The notes: generated by a model not told the origin, from the letters alone. A stretch of 64,000 nt of DNA from an uncultured Gemmatimonadales bacterium (GCA_963730185.1 CAVSQW010000012.1:352001-416000), one strand, 5' to 3'. Counted from the stretch's first letter, positions 27,825-39,908 are shown. Translations and numbers: made by a program.

Positions 27825-28778
27825 GTGTCCTTCCGCCAAACGCACGTCTCGGGTCTCCCCGCCATTGCGCTCCGTTCCGCGGAGCTCGAGGTCGTCGTCG
27901 TGCCGGTCGCCGGCGGCAAAGTCACCAACCTGCGCCGGTTGACCGGCCGTGAGTGGCTCTGGCGGAGCCCGTCGATCCCGCTTCGTCCCTACCTGAGGGG
28001 AACGCCCTACCTCGACCGGGGCGATTCCGGCGGCTGGGACGAGTGCTTCCCGACCATCGCGCCCTGCACCGTGACGCTGCCCGGCGGCCGGACCGTGGCG
28101 CTCGACGACCACGGCGAGCTCTGGACGGCCCACGTGGCGTCCGCGGTCTACGAGGCCCAGGGTGAGCCGATCCTCGACTCCAGCGTGGCCGGGGCCGCGT
28201 TCCCCTTCCAGTTCAGCCGGCGCATCAGGCTCGAGCGGAACCAGCCCGTCGTCCACTTCGAGTACCAGGTCCGGAACGTCGGGGCCGACCCCTTTCCCTG
28301 GATCTGGGCGGCACATCCGCTGCTCACGATCCAACCGGGAACCCGGATCGAGCTGCCCACCGCCACCCGGCTCCGGGTGGGCCGGGCGTTCGGCCGGACC
28401 GACCTCGCCCCGGACCAGGAGCTGACCTGGCCCGACGACCTCCTGCCGGGCGGGGTGCTCGACGGTCGTCGGGGCTGGGCGGTCAAGGCGTTCGGCGACC
28501 TCGGCCCGTCGGGCCGGATGATCGTGGTCGATCCCCATCGCGGGGAACGCCTCGAGATCGAAGTCGACCCCTCGCTGGTGCCCCAGGTCGGAGTCTGGCT
28601 CAACCTCGAAGGCTGGGCCCTTCCCGGGACCCATCCGCACTTCGTCGCCGCGCTCGAGCCCTGCATCGGCGCGCCCGGCAGCCTGGCCCGCGCCATCGAC
28701 GACTGGAAGACCGCCCAGACCCTGAACCCCGGTGAGGTTCGGACCTGGGCGGTGCGGGTTCGGCTGCCCGAACCGTAG
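27825..28778 (+). CDS. Aldose 1-epimerase/galactose mutarotase-like protein
   Basis: REWLW, GGWDECFPTI, DHGELW, WAAHPLL, ALEPC; start approximate. Confidence 0.8.
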   Translation: MSFRQTHVSGLPAIALRSAELEVVVVPVAGGKVTNLRRLTGREWLWRSPSIPLRPYLRGTPYLDRGDSGGWDECFPTIAPCTVTLPGGRTVALDDHGELWTAHVASAVYEAQGEPILDSSVAGAAFPFQFSRRIRLERNQPVVHFEYQVRNVGADPFPWIWAAHPLLTIQPGTRIELPTATRLRVGRAFGRTDLAPDQELTWPDDLLPGGVLDGRRGWAVKAFGDLGPSGRMIVVDPHRGERLEIEVDPSLVPQVGVWLNLEGWALPGTHPHFVAALEPCIGAPGSLARAIDDWKTAQTLNPGEVRTWAVRVRLPEP

Positions 28779-28782
28779 GACG

Positions 28783-30210
28783 CTAGACCCGCTTGGTCGT
28801 CCAGCCTCCTCTCCGAAACACGATCGCGCTGACCACGGCGATGGCGGAGAAGGCCAGGGTGATCGCGACGAATACGCCCCGGGGGCCGAGCCCCAAGGGA
28901 ATCGCGAGCGTGTAGGCCAGCGGGATCTCGAACAGCCAGAAGCAGCAGACGTTGATCGCCGTCGGCGTGGCCGTGTCGCCCGCGCCGTTGAACGCGTTCG
29001 AGAGCACCATCCCGAAGGCGTAGAACGGGAACCCCAGGCTCACGATCCGGAGGGCCTCGGTCGCGAACCGGGCGACCTTCACCTCGGTGGTGAATACCCC
29101 GGCGATCGCCGGCGCCAGGGCGACGAACAACACCGCCACGCTGCCCAGGAACACCAGGTTGTAGCGACCCGCCAGCCAGACCGACGCCGCGGCCCGCTCG
29201 GGTTTGCCCGCCCCGAGCGACTGCCCCACCATCGTGGCGGCCGCGTTGCTCATTCCCCACGACGGGAGCAGGGCGAACAGGAGCACCCGGATGGCGACCG
29301 TGTAGCCGGCCAGCGCGTCGGCCCCGAACGTGGCCAAGACTCGAACCAGTCCGATCCAGCTGCTGGTGCTGATCAGGATCTGGACGATTCCGGTCGACGA
29401 GAGCCGGAAGAGCCGCCGCATGACCCCGAGGTCGACCACCAGGTGCTCCCGCTCGATCACGAAGCGACGATCGCGCCGGGCCAGCCGATGGAACTGGTAG
29501 GCCACCCCCAGCCCTCGACCGACCGTGGTCGCCACCGCGGCTCCCATCACGCCGAGGCGGGGAAACGGTCCCACGCCAAAGATCAGCAGGGGATCGAGGA
29601 CCAGATTGCCCAGATTCGCGATCCAGAGGCAGCGCATGGCGATGGCCGCGTCGCCGGAGCCCCGGAAGATCGCGTTGATCAGGAACAGCAGCAGGACCAC
29701 GAAGTTCCCGACGAACATCACTCGGGCAAAGCCGGCCCCGTTCGCCACGATCGACGGGCCGGCCCCCATCAGCCGGAGCAGATCGGGCGCGAAGATCCCG
29801 CCGCCCACGCTGATCGGCACCGCGACCAGGATGCCCAGCAGGATGGCTTGCACCGCCACCCGGGCGGCTTCGCCGGGTTGCTTCTCGCCGATCCGGCGGG
29901 CCACCATCGCGGTGGCGCCGATTCCGAGCCCCATGCCGAGGGCGTAGATGACGCTGAACATCGCCTCGGTCAGCCCGACCACAGCCACCGACTCGGCCCC
30001 CAGCCGGTTCACCCAGAACACGTTCACCACGGCGAACACCGACTCGAGCGCCACCTCGAGCACCATCGGGATGGCGAGCAGGAGCAGCGCCCGGCCGATC
30101 GGGCCGGTCGTGAAGTCGCGCCCCTCGGCGCCGCGCAGGGCGAGGCGGGCCGTGGGCCAGAACCCCTCGGGCTCGTCGCCGGGGGGAAGCGGAATCGGTT
30201 CCGCCGTCAT
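28783..30210 (-). CDS. MATE family efflux transporter
   Basis: LLLAIPMVLE, RGSGDA, NLVLDPLLIFG, VGQSLGAG; about 12 TM. Confidence 0.95.
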   Translation of the reverse strand: MTAEPIPLPPGDEPEGFWPTARLALRGAEGRDFTTGPIGRALLLLAIPMVLEVALESVFAVVNVFWVNRLGAESVAVVGLTEAMFSVIYALGMGLGIGATAMVARRIGEKQPGEAARVAVQAILLGILVAVPISVGGGIFAPDLLRLMGAGPSIVANGAGFARVMFVGNFVVLLLFLINAIFRGSGDAAIAMRCLWIANLGNLVLDPLLIFGVGPFPRLGVMGAAVATTVGRGLGVAYQFHRLARRDRRFVIEREHLVVDLGVMRRLFRLSSTGIVQILISTSSWIGLVRVLATFGADALAGYTVAIRVLLFALLPSWGMSNAAATMVGQSLGAGKPERAAASVWLAGRYNLVFLGSVAVLFVALAPAIAGVFTTEVKVARFATEALRIVSLGFPFYAFGMVLSNAFNGAGDTATPTAINVCCFWLFEIPLAYTLAIPLGLGPRGVFVAITLAFSAIAVVSAIVFRRGGWTTKRV

Positions 30211-30330
30211 GGGAGTGCTGCTTTCCGTCCAGCAGTGGAACTGGATGAGGTGCCGGGCGGCCTGCTGGGACGGTGGAGCGCGCTCGGGGCACCTCGGGCC
30301 CGTTTCGAGTGGCGCGCTCCGGCGGGAAGA

Positions 30331-30375
30331 CTAGGCCAGGTGCGCGCCGAGGATGGTGACCGGGGTGGCAAACAT
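30331..30375 (-). CDS. Putative 14-aa leader peptide MFATPVTILGAHLA upstream of the MATE gene
   Basis: GGAG RBS ~10 nt before ATG; TATATT -10-like box at 30434-30439; followed by two hairpins. Confidence 0.45.
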   Translation of the reverse strand: MFATPVTILGAHLA

Positions 30376-30638
30376 CGGCGGCTGACTCCGTCGGATGGTG
30401 GAGCTCCCCGCCAGGCGCGGGGGAGGATCGAGGAATATAGGGGTCGAAGGCCGGCGGGCCAGTGATCTAGCGCACAGGACGGCGGAGTCGGTATAGCACG
30501 ACCGGTCCGGCCGCCTTCGTCCGCCCACCCGCGGCCACGATCACCAGCGCGCCGGTCCACCAGATAGCAACGCGGCCCATTGGCACCTCCGGCTCCGGCG
30601 AGGGCATCCCCGCGGCCGGATCGTGCCACCGCCCGCCG

Positions 30639-31115
30639 TTAGAAGGTCACGTCGAACGTGCCCTCCGTCACCACCTTGTTCCCGCTGGCGCCCGTGCCGG
30701 TTGCCGGCACGGCGGTGAATTGGAAGGTTCCCTGGGCTCCGGTGCTGGTGAGCGAGGTGATGGTGACCGACCCGCTGCCACCGGTGATCGCGGCGGACCA
30801 GGCCTGCCCGCCGATCGACACCGAGGCGTTGCCTGGCCCGCCGACCCCGATGGCGTAGGTGCCCGGCCCGCTCGCGATCACGCCGACTCCGATCGTCCCC
30901 AGCTGGAGGTTGGCCCCGGCGAAAGCCAGGATGCCGTTGCCGTAGGACCCCGAGGCCGACGGGGCGGACCAGGCGGTCCCGTCGATCTTGGCCGTCATCG
31001 GAGCCGAGCCGTTGGCGGCAGGCCCGGTGGAGCTGCTTCCGCAAGCGGTGGCAAAGATGAGACCCGCGACCGCGAAGGCCCGAGACGCGATCGAACGGTG
31101 GAATATTGTGGTCAT
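30639..31115 (-). CDS. Gly/Ser/Thr-rich lipoprotein (DUF6252-like)
   Basis: IFATAC lipobox; MTAKIDGTAW..GTFQF..VTEGTF; GGAGA RBS. Confidence 0.7.
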   Translation of the reverse strand: MTTIFHRSIASRAFAVAGLIFATACGSSSTGPAANGSAPMTAKIDGTAWSAPSASGSYGNGILAFAGANLQLGTIGVGVIASGPGTYAIGVGGPGNASVSIGGQAWSAAITGGSGSVTITSLTSTGAQGTFQFTAVPATGTGASGNKVVTEGTFDVTF

Positions 31116-31274
31116 GGTGATTCTCCGGTGTGAGGGGTGCCCCGGAGGGGCACGGTGGCACCGGATCACGTTGCGAAATTCGGGGGCGTCAACCGTCATC
31201 GGTGAGACTTGGACTCGGTCGGAAACGAGCTCGGGGGCCGAAGCCAGGAGCGAGTCGACCATCCCATGCAGGGC

Positions 31275-32039
<765 letters not shown>

Positions 32040-32104
32040 GGGAATGTCGGCTCGTGAGAGAGAGGGGGAGAGGTGGGCGCGAGCCGAAGATAGCGCGCGG
32101 CGCG

Positions 32105-33916
32105 CTACCCGGGCACGAGCGATTTGAGCCGGGCCTCGAGATCCGCCTTCGCCTGGTCCAGCTGACCCTGGACCTGGTCCAGCCGGCCGGTGACCTCGGT
32201 CCGATAGGAGTCGAGCTTCGCCCGGGCGTCGGCGACCGGGCCGGCCACCCGTTGATCCACCTCCGCCTTGACTCGCGCCTCCGCTTTGGCAAATGCCTCG
32301 CCCAGGAGGCTCCGGAGCCGAGCCGCGACGGCGTCGTCGAGGTTGGAACGGACGTGGAGCGCGGGCTTCCGGATGTCGCCCTCGAGCTGGGCGGTGACCT
32401 GGAGATCCGAGAGACCAGACACCACCTCCCAGACGATCGTCTTGACCGGATCGGCCCGAAGGGTGGTCGCCGAGTCGCGGCTCCAGGTGGCGCCCGCGGC
32501 CCGGAGGGTCCACTGGGCGGAGATCTGGTCTCCTCTCCGGGAGAAGGCGAGTCCGGTCGTGCCGACCCCCGGGTCGACCCGGAAGGGAAGCCCCGGAATC
32601 GACACCGCCGGAAGCCGGATCCCGACCACCGTGGCGGCGACGGAGTCGTGCACTGTCTGACCGGTATGGTCGAGCAGGCCGTTCACCGCCAGCCGGAGGG
32701 CGGTGCCGCCGACAGTGCCGGTGGCGTCGAACGTGGCCGGCCGCCCGTAGAGCACCGGCTCGGTGGTGAGACCCGCGACGCTGGCCTCGAGGGTGTGGGT
32801 GGCCCCACCCACCTGCAGGGCGAGCGAGAGCTTGCCCTGGGAGAGGAGGAAGGTGGGGTATTCCTCCACTTTGGGGAACAGCACCGTCGTCCCCGCTTCC
32901 CGGAGCCGCTTCGGTCCGCTGACCCGCCTCGGCTGCAGGCCGGGCGGCAGGTACTTCTGGGCCAGCTCCGACCAGTAGACCACCTGCTGGAAGCGGTCGA
33001 TGCTGACCTTCCCGAACAGCGCCTCGCCGATGTGGGGCGCATCGAAGCTCGGCAGCTGGAGGAGCGAGCGGGCCAGATCGTAGTCCCGCTGGCGGGCCTG
33101 GTCGAGCGACGCCACCCCCCGCTGCAAGCGCTCGAGCCCCGCCTGGCCGCTGGCCTGGAGCGCCGACACCCGCCGCTTGACGCTGTCGACCGCCGCGATG
33201 GTCCGGCGGACCGATTGCACCGTGTTACGAAGACCCAGGAGCCCCAGCGTGGCGGGGTTGGTGGCGGCCAGCCGCTCGGTCAGGGCCCTGGCCGAGTCGA
33301 TCACCGGCCTCGGATCGAGGGCCTCGACGTCGGCCCGAAGGGAGCCGAGCAGGGAGTCGGCCGAGCCGGCCAGGGCCTTGGCTTCCTTGACCGTGCCGAG
33401 CTGGCTCGGGTCGAGCGCCAGCTGCTTGATCGTGTCGACCGTGGTGAGCGTCAGCGCCGGGACCTTGAACTGCTGCCGCCACTGGGCGACCTGACCGAGC
33501 AGATTCGAGGCAAAGCCGCTCTTCGCCGCGGGCCGGGCCGGCCGGTCGCGCTCGGTCCCGAACCGGACGTCGCCGATGGTCAGCTGATCGATCACCAGCT
33601 TCTTCTCGAGGAGCGCCGCCGGCTCGACATCCACCACGATCCCGCCAGTCTCGATCAGGTTCCGGGTCGAGTCGAACGGGTTGGCGATCTGGACCCGGTC
33701 CAGCGTCAGGGCGGCGTCGGTCTCGCGGATGTGGAGCCCGGCGAGGTCGACCTCCGTCCCCAGGAGCTCGCTCCCGGCCTCCTCACCGGTGTCCTGAACG
33801 ATTCGGTCGCCGAAGATCACCCACAGCGTGATCAGCAGCGCCAGCAGCAGCAGCAGCGGTCCGATCCCCCGCCAGCGGAAGATCTTCGTTTTGGACGCCG
33901 CGGTCGGGGCGCTCAT
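32105..33916 (-). CDS. TIGR03545-like membrane-anchored protein
   Basis: IFRWRG + TM, QIANPF...NLIE, VRSNLD; ATGA-coupled to a TIGR03546-like gene. Confidence 0.78.
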   Translation of the reverse strand: MSAPTAASKTKIFRWRGIGPLLLLLALLITLWVIFGDRIVQDTGEEAGSELLGTEVDLAGLHIRETDAALTLDRVQIANPFDSTRNLIETGGIVVDVEPAALLEKKLVIDQLTIGDVRFGTERDRPARPAAKSGFASNLLGQVAQWRQQFKVPALTLTTVDTIKQLALDPSQLGTVKEAKALAGSADSLLGSLRADVEALDPRPVIDSARALTERLAATNPATLGLLGLRNTVQSVRRTIAAVDSVKRRVSALQASGQAGLERLQRGVASLDQARQRDYDLARSLLQLPSFDAPHIGEALFGKVSIDRFQQVVYWSELAQKYLPPGLQPRRVSGPKRLREAGTTVLFPKVEEYPTFLLSQGKLSLALQVGGATHTLEASVAGLTTEPVLYGRPATFDATGTVGGTALRLAVNGLLDHTGQTVHDSVAATVVGIRLPAVSIPGLPFRVDPGVGTTGLAFSRRGDQISAQWTLRAAGATWSRDSATTLRADPVKTIVWEVVSGLSDLQVTAQLEGDIRKPALHVRSNLDDAVAARLRSLLGEAFAKAEARVKAEVDQRVAGPVADARAKLDSYRTEVTGRLDQVQGQLDQAKADLEARLKSLVPG

Positions 33917-34434
33917 TCGGGCCGGAACCAGCGATAGAGGTTGTAAGCCTTCGACGCCTTGACCGCCTTCATGAAGCGGGAGGCCTCCACCCGCGCGCCC
34001 AAAGTGGCCCGATAGCGGACCACCCCGAACCGGGCCAGGAAGTAGATCGGGAGCGCGAGCGCCAGCCAGGCCACGACGCTCCCCAGCACCACCGTGTTGT
34101 TGAAGTTCGTGTAGGGGAGCACCGGGGAGTTGTACAACGAGGTCCAGAGCGGCCGGAGTCCGGACGAGTCAATCAGCAGCCACCGGCCGATCTGATCGAA
34201 CACCGGGTCGAGCAGAAACCCAAGCGGGGCGAACACCACCATCGCGAGCAGGCCACCCGCGAAGGAGACGTTGAGGATGACGAGGAGGAAGAGGACGACC
34301 AGGTTGTGAACGTTGACCAGCGGGGTCAATCCGAGTGCGGCCCCGAGGGCCATCCCGGCGGCGATCTGGCCGGGCGTGCCCTCGGAGTGGAGCGTCTTGA
34401 CGAACCGCTGGAGCAATTTGAGCAGGGTGAGCAT
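33913..34434 (-). CDS. TIGR03546-like (DUF2062) membrane protein
   Basis: LHSEGTPGQIA, LDPVFDQIG, FNNTVVLGS. Confidence 0.82.
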   Translation of the reverse strand: MLTLLKLLQRFVKTLHSEGTPGQIAAGMALGAALGLTPLVNVHNLVVLFLLVILNVSFAGGLLAMVVFAPLGFLLDPVFDQIGRWLLIDSSGLRPLWTSLYNSPVLPYTNFNNTVVLGSVVAWLALALPIYFLARFGVVRYRATLGARVEASRFMKAVKASKAYNLYRWFRPE

Positions 34435-34512
34435 CGCGCCTTGCCCGGAATCGACCCTCGGACCATAACGCCGGTCCGGAGCCGCGTCACCTCCCTCCGA
34501 CCAGCCCGGCCG

Positions 34513-35022
34513 TCAAACCGTGCGCCGGTCTCGCACCAGCCAGACGATGGGCGGCCCCACCACCGTCAGATGGGCGGCCAGCACCACCCAGAATCCCGAA
34601 GCCGAAAAGGCCATCGCCCTGCCACCGAGCGCGGGCACGACCAGCCGGTTCATGAGGAGCCAGATCGCGGCTCCGTAGACCAGCGCGACCGCCAGCGCTC
34701 CACCGCTGCCCTCGACCGTTCGGCGGAGCCCGGCCGACCCACGATAGAGCAGCGCGAAGACGGTCGTCCAGCCGAAGGCCACTCCGAAGTGCATCGCCAG
34801 GCCGACCAGCGCCGTCGGCACGCCCCCCTGAAAGGCGCTCGGTCCGAGCAGCCGCGAGGCGATGCCCTGGAAGATCCGAACGGCGGTGGAGACCGGCATG
34901 ACGATGGTATAGGCGACGACCACGTATAGCCCGTCCAGCACGCCGACGACGCTCCCGGCAAGGAGGATCCGCCGGACGACCATAGGGGCAGCGGGCGGAG
35001 GGGCGAGAGCTCCAGCGGTCAC
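34513..35022 (-). CDS. Uncharacterised membrane protein (~4 TM)
   Basis: FQGIASRLLG..AF.GG, GLAMHF, AHL..VGPPI; hydrophobic helices. Confidence 0.7.
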   Translation of the reverse strand: MTAGALAPPPAAPMVVRRILLAGSVVGVLDGLYVVVAYTIVMPVSTAVRIFQGIASRLLGPSAFQGGVPTALVGLAMHFGVAFGWTTVFALLYRGSAGLRRTVEGSGGALAVALVYGAAIWLLMNRLVVPALGGRAMAFSASGFWVVLAAHLTVVGPPIVWLVRDRRTV

Positions 35023-35095
35023 GACAGGCTCCAGTGGATGGGGTGACAGACCCTACGACCCCGCTCGAGAGCGTGTTTCCGACGTCGGCAGTGGT

Positions 35096-36157
35096 CTATC
35101 GTCCCAACCCGGCCTCGATCGCCGCGTGGTCGGCCAGCACGGCGACCATCCGATCCATGGCCCTGAATCGCTCGTCGCGAGTGACACCTCGGACGTATCG
35201 GGCGTAGATCTGCTGGAGGATCACGGCCAGCTTGAAGAGGCCGAAGACCAGATAGAACGACGGGTCGTCGACGGCGAGATCCCTCCGGCGCGCGTACTCG
35301 TCGACGATCCGCCGGCGGGTCCACATCCCGGGCATCGCGGTGGGTCCCATCGCCACCGCCCGGAGGGGCTCGGGATCGGTCGCCTCGATCCAGTAGGCCA
35401 AGCTGCACCCCAGGTCCATGAGCGGGTCGCCCACGGTGGCCATCTCCCAGTCGAGCACGGCCACCAATCGGCCGGGATCGTCCCCGGCCACCATCACGTT
35501 GTCGAACTTGAAGTCGTTGTGGACCACCGCCGCGCCCCGCTCCGGTGGCATTCGCTCGGCCAGCCAGGCCGCCACCTCGTTCAGGGCCCGGACCTCGCTG
35601 GTCGCGGCGGCCTGGTAGCGCCGGGTCCACCCTTCCACCTGCCGGCGGACGTAGCCGGCCGGCTTCCCGAAGTCCTCGAGACCGACGGCTCGGTAGTCGA
35701 GTCCGTGCAAGGCCACCAGCGTCTCGACCATCGCGGCCGACAGCCGGTCGGCCAGCTCGGGGCCGAGCACGAGGCCTTCGGGCAACGTCCGTCGGAGCAC
35801 GAGCCCGTGCCGCCGTTCCATGAGGTAGAACGGGGCGCCGATGACCGACGGGTCGTCGCAGAGGACCAGGGGGGCGGGCGCCAACGGAAAGACCGGCGCG
35901 AGAGCGGAAAGGACCCGAAACTCGCGCCCCATGTCGTGCGCGGTCTTGACCAGGTTGCCGAACGGCGGCCGGCGGAGCACGTACTCGGCGTCGCCGATCC
36001 GGACCAGGTAGGTGAGGTTCGAGTGTCCCTTCCGGAACTGCCGCACCGCGATCGGCCCGCCGGGGGCCGGAAGGCGGGACCCGAGGTAGGCCACCAGCGC
36101 CCCCTGGTCGAGCGCCTCGCCCTCGCGGATGGCGCCGGGCTCGTCGAGCGCGGTCAT
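35096..36157 (-). CDS. Phosphotransferase family protein (APH/ACAD10-11 kinase-like)
   Basis: GHSNLTY, LRRPP, AHDMGRE, HNDFKFDN, LDWEM..GDP. Confidence 0.92.
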   Translation of the reverse strand: MTALDEPGAIREGEALDQGALVAYLGSRLPAPGGPIAVRQFRKGHSNLTYLVRIGDAEYVLRRPPFGNLVKTAHDMGREFRVLSALAPVFPLAPAPLVLCDDPSVIGAPFYLMERRHGLVLRRTLPEGLVLGPELADRLSAAMVETLVALHGLDYRAVGLEDFGKPAGYVRRQVEGWTRRYQAAATSEVRALNEVAAWLAERMPPERGAAVVHNDFKFDNVMVAGDDPGRLVAVLDWEMATVGDPLMDLGCSLAYWIEATDPEPLRAVAMGPTAMPGMWTRRRIVDEYARRRDLAVDDPSFYLVFGLFKLAVILQQIYARYVRGVTRDERFRAMDRMVAVLADHAAIEAGLGR

Positions 36158-36933
36158 TCCGGATGGGCCCCGTCCAACCGGCGTTGGAGGCGCTGCATCC
36201 CCCGAATCCAGCGGTCGGTGTCGTCCCACTTCCGGCGGACGTACTCGCGGACCAGGGGGTGAGGCAGGATCAGGAACTCCTCCCGGGCCACACCGAGGGC
36301 CACGGCGTCGGCGACCGCTTCGGGTTCGATCGCCTCAGGACCGAGCAGGGCCGTGATCCGCTCGTCGCTCTGCTCGAGCATCGGCGTCCGGACGCCGAGC
36401 GGGCAGACGCAGGACACCCTGATCCCGTGCTCGCCGTAGGTCACCGCCAGCCACTCGGCGAAGGCCACGGCGGCGTGTTTGGATACGGCATATGGCGCCG
36501 ACCCGATCTGGGTCACGAGCCCCGCGGCTGAGGCGACGTTGACGAGGTAGCCCTGACCGCGGCGGAGCATGTCGGGCACCAGCACCCGGGCCGCCCGGAC
36601 GTGGGCCATCAGGTTCACGTCCAGCACCCGGTACCACTCGGCGTCCGGCACTTCCGGTCCGCCGCCGACGGCGATCCCGGCGTTGGAGCAGAAGAGGTCG
36701 ATCGGCCCGACCCGCTGCTCCACGTGGGCGACGAGCGAGATCAGCTGCCGATCCTCCCCGACGTCGACCCCGAAGGCAACCGCACCAAGCTCGGCCGCGA
36801 CCCGCTCGGCTCCGTCGACGTCGACGTCGCTCACCACCACCACGGCGCCCTCCGCCGCGAACCGCCGGCAGATCGCCCGGCCGATCCCGCTCGCCGCCCC
36901 GGTGACGACGCACACCCGGTTCCGGAGCTCCAT
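36154..36933 (-). CDS. Short-chain dehydrogenase/reductase
   Basis: TGAASGIG, CSNAGI, YAVSK. Confidence 0.94.
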   Translation of the reverse strand: MELRNRVCVVTGAASGIGRAICRRFAAEGAVVVVSDVDVDGAERVAAELGAVAFGVDVGEDRQLISLVAHVEQRVGPIDLFCSNAGIAVGGGPEVPDAEWYRVLDVNLMAHVRAARVLVPDMLRRGQGYLVNVASAAGLVTQIGSAPYAVSKHAAVAFAEWLAVTYGEHGIRVSCVCPLGVRTPMLEQSDERITALLGPEAIEPEAVADAVALGVAREEFLILPHPLVREYVRRKWDDTDRWIRGMQRLQRRLDGAHPE

Positions 36934-36963
36934 GGATTGCCGTCCCGTCTGGAAAGGGCAACG

Positions 36964-36998
36964 AAAAGCGCGGCCCGGGAGCCGCCCGGGGCCGCGCT
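36964..36998 (-). terminator. Intrinsic terminator
   Basis: agcgcggccc...gggccgcgct stem with T tail on the - strand, downstream of the 37042 stop. Confidence 0.65.
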
Positions 36999-37041
36999 GG
37001 ATTGTAACCCCCCGCGAGCGAGGGGGGAGCCTAGACCGTCG

Positions 37042-37431
37042 TCACCAGACGAACACCCCGCTGGTGCTGAGCAGCGGCGAGATGGTGAAGGCCACCGTAT
37101 CGCCGGCGCGGACATTCAGGAGCCCGGTGGACGCGTAGCCCCAACCGCCGATCGGCCGGGCCACGACCTGGAACAGGCCGTTCTTGAAGTTCATCGGGCG
37201 GATCGCGAAGGTACCCTTGGTCTCGCCGACCACCATGCCGATCCGGTAGAACACGCCGTTGTCGACGGCGTACAGATCCATGTCCGCAAAGTTCTGGTTG
37301 TCGACCGTCAGGGTGACGATCCGTTCGGGAGCCTTCGCCTTCGCCTGTGGTTGCGTATCGGCGGAGGCGATTCCCGGCGTGGCCAGCGTGCCGGCCATCG
37401 CAAGCGACAGGTACAGCGCCAGGTGTCTCAT
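37042..37431 (-). CDS. Small secreted hypothetical protein
   Basis: GGAGG RBS; signal ending ASA; beta-rich mature domain. Confidence 0.75.
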   Translation of the reverse strand: MRHLALYLSLAMAGTLATPGIASADTQPQAKAKAPERIVTLTVDNQNFADMDLYAVDNGVFYRIGMVVGETKGTFAIRPMNFKNGLFQVVARPIGGWGYASTGLLNVRAGDTVAFTISPLLSTSGVFVW

Positions 37432-37548
37432 ACTACCTCCTCAGTGGGCCATTCTCGGATCGCGCTCATCGCGATCCCGCCACCCACTTACGCCAAGAAG
37501 GTAGTCCGGGCCCCCTGAACCCCCGATAAACGCCGAAAACCCACCCGG

Positions 37549-38769
37549 CTAGCCGTCCGCCCGTCCAGCCGCCTTGCGCAGCTCCAGCTTGGCCACGGCT
37601 TCCCGGTGCACCTCGTCCGGTCCGTCGGCCAGCCTGAGGGTGCGGGCCTGGGCCCAGGCGTAGGCGAGGAAGGTGTCCTGGCTGACCCCGGCCCCGCCGT
37701 GCACCTGAATGGCCCGGTCGATGGCCCGGAGGGCCACCCTGGGCGCCACCACCTTGATCATGGCGATCTCGGCTCGCGCCGCCTTGTTGCCGACGGTGTC
37801 CATCAGGTGCGCGGCCTGGAGCACCAGGAGCCGCGCCTGATCGATGTCGATTCGCGACTCGGCGATGTCGGCCCGCACGGTCCCCTGGTCGGCCAGCGGC
37901 TTGCCGAAGGCCACCCGGCTCCGGGCCCGCCCGCACATCAGCTCGAGGGCTCGCTCGGCCAGCCCGATCAAGCGCATGCAGTGGTGGATCCGGCCGGGAC
38001 CCAGTCGCCCCTGGGCGATCTCGAACCCCCGGCCTTCACCGAGAAGGAGGTGGTCGGCCGGAACCCGGACGGCGGTGAACGAGACTTCGCCGTGGCCGTG
38101 GGGCGCGTCGTCGTAACCGAAGACGGTGAGCATCCGTTCGATCTTCACTCCTGGCGCGTCCATCGGCACCAGGATCATCGACTGCTGGAGATGCCTGGGC
38201 GCATCCGGGTTCGACCGCCCCATCACGATCGCGATCTTGCAGCGGGGATCGCCGGCGCCGGAGGTCCACCACTTCCGCCCGTTGACGACGTACCCGTCTC
38301 CGTCACGGACGATCGACGCCCGGATGTTGGTCGCGTCGGAGCTGGCGACGTCGGGCTCGGTCATCGCGAAGCAGCTCCGGATCTCTCCGGCCAGGAGCGG
38401 CTCGAGCCAGGCGGTCTTTTGCGCCGCGGTGCCATAGCGGACCAGCACCTCCATGTTGCCGGTATCGGGCGCGGAGCAGTTGAAGACCTCGGGCGCCATG
38501 GGTGAGCGGCCCATGATCTCGCAGAGCCCGGCGTACTCGAGATTGGTGAGCCCCGCCCCGTATTCCGACTCCGGCAGGAACAGGTTCCAGAGACCGTCGG
38601 CCCGGGCACGGGCCTTGAGCGACTCCATGATCCGGGTGGGTTGCCAGCGATCCCTGGCGATCTCCGCGAACCAAGTGGCTTCGTTCGGCAAGACATGCTC
38701 GGCCATGAAGGCCCGAAGCCGGCCCGCCAGGTCGACGGCGCGGGAGGATGGGGTGAAGATCGAGGTCAC
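37549..38769 (-). CDS. Acyl-CoA dehydrogenase (ACAD10/11-like)
   Basis: [51 protein letters not shown]. Confidence 0.95.
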   Translation of the reverse strand: MTSIFTPSSRAVDLAGRLRAFMAEHVLPNEATWFAEIARDRWQPTRIMESLKARARADGLWNLFLPESEYGAGLTNLEYAGLCEIMGRSPMAPEVFNCSAPDTGNMEVLVRYGTAAQKTAWLEPLLAGEIRSCFAMTEPDVASSDATNIRASIVRDGDGYVVNGRKWWTSGAGDPRCKIAIVMGRSNPDAPRHLQQSMILVPMDAPGVKIERMLTVFGYDDAPHGHGEVSFTAVRVPADHLLLGEGRGFEIAQGRLGPGRIHHCMRLIGLAERALELMCGRARSRVAFGKPLADQGTVRADIAESRIDIDQARLLVLQAAHLMDTVGNKAARAEIAMIKVVAPRVALRAIDRAIQVHGGAGVSQDTFLAYAWAQARTLRLADGPDEVHREAVAKLELRKAAGRADG

Positions 38770-38893
38770 GGCCGATATCTCCAGGGAGGACGGCGGGAAC
38801 ATACGAACCGCGGCACCCGGGCGCGATGCCTGGCTGGCGCCGCCGGGCCTCACCCTTGCCGAACCGGGTCGGGACAGGCATCGTAAGGCCCGC

Positions 38894-39829
38894 ATGCCAT
38901 TTTCAACCTACACCAGCTTCAACCGGGTCGAGTGGGCGGCGCTCCGCTTCAACACGCCGCTCACGCTTTCCCAGGCCGACCTGGCCGAGCTCCAGGGCAG
39001 CAACGAGCGCCTGGAGATCCTCGAGGTGGAGGAGGTCTACCTCCCGCTTTCCCGGCTCCTCAATCTGCACGTCGGGGTGTCGCGCGAGCTGGGGCGGGTG
39101 GCCGACATCTTCCTCGGCAAGACCGCCGGCGAGCGTCCCTATGTGATGGGGATCGCCGGCAGCGTCGCGGTCGGCAAGAGCACCACCGCCCGAGTGATGC
39201 GCGCGCTGCTGGCCCGCTGGCCCGACCATCCCCGGGTCGACCTGGTCACCACGGACGGGTTCCTCCTTCCCAACCAGGAGCTCGAAGCCCGCGGCATCAT
39301 GCATCGGAAGGGGTTCCCGGAGAGCTATGACACCAGGCGGCTGGTGCAGTTCGTCGCCGACCTCAAGTCGGGCGTGCCGAGGGTGGAGGCGCCCGTCTAC
39401 TCTCACTTGGTCTACGACATCGTTCCGGGCCGGACCCAGGTGGTGGAGCGACCCGACGTCGTGATCATCGAGGGGCTCAACGTGCTCCAGGGCGCCGACC
39501 GCCGCTCAGGCGACGGCGACCGGCCGTTCGTGTCGGACTTCTTCGATTTTTCGATCTACGTCGACGCCGACGAGGACCACATCCGGCACTGGTTCCTGGA
39601 GCGGTTCCGGCGGCTCCGGCAGACGGCGTTCCGGGACCCCAAGTCGTTCTTCCGCCGGTACGCGGACATGCCCGAGGACGAGGCCGTGGCCTTCGCCAAC
39701 CGGGTCTGGGACGAGATCAACGGGGTCAACCTCAAGGAAAACATCGAGCCGACCAAGGAACGGGCCCACCTGGTGCTGGAAAAGGGTCCCGGGCATGAGG
39801 TCCTCGGGGTTCGGCTCCGACGGCTCTGA
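38894..39829 (+). CDS. coaA: Type I pantothenate kinase
   Basis: [44 protein letters not shown]. Confidence 0.97.
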   Translation: MPFSTYTSFNRVEWAALRFNTPLTLSQADLAELQGSNERLEILEVEEVYLPLSRLLNLHVGVSRELGRVADIFLGKTAGERPYVMGIAGSVAVGKSTTARVMRALLARWPDHPRVDLVTTDGFLLPNQELEARGIMHRKGFPESYDTRRLVQFVADLKSGVPRVEAPVYSHLVYDIVPGRTQVVERPDVVIIEGLNVLQGADRRSGDGDRPFVSDFFDFSIYVDADEDHIRHWFLERFRRLRQTAFRDPKSFFRRYADMPEDEAVAFANRVWDEINGVNLKENIEPTKERAHLVLEKGPGHEVLGVRLRRL

Positions 39830-39908
39830 TCGTCCGGACCCGCGGGTCGAAACCTTCCGATCCCCGGGCCCGTTCTGCCATTCCACCCCTCCAATGCGGA
39901 GCCCCATC

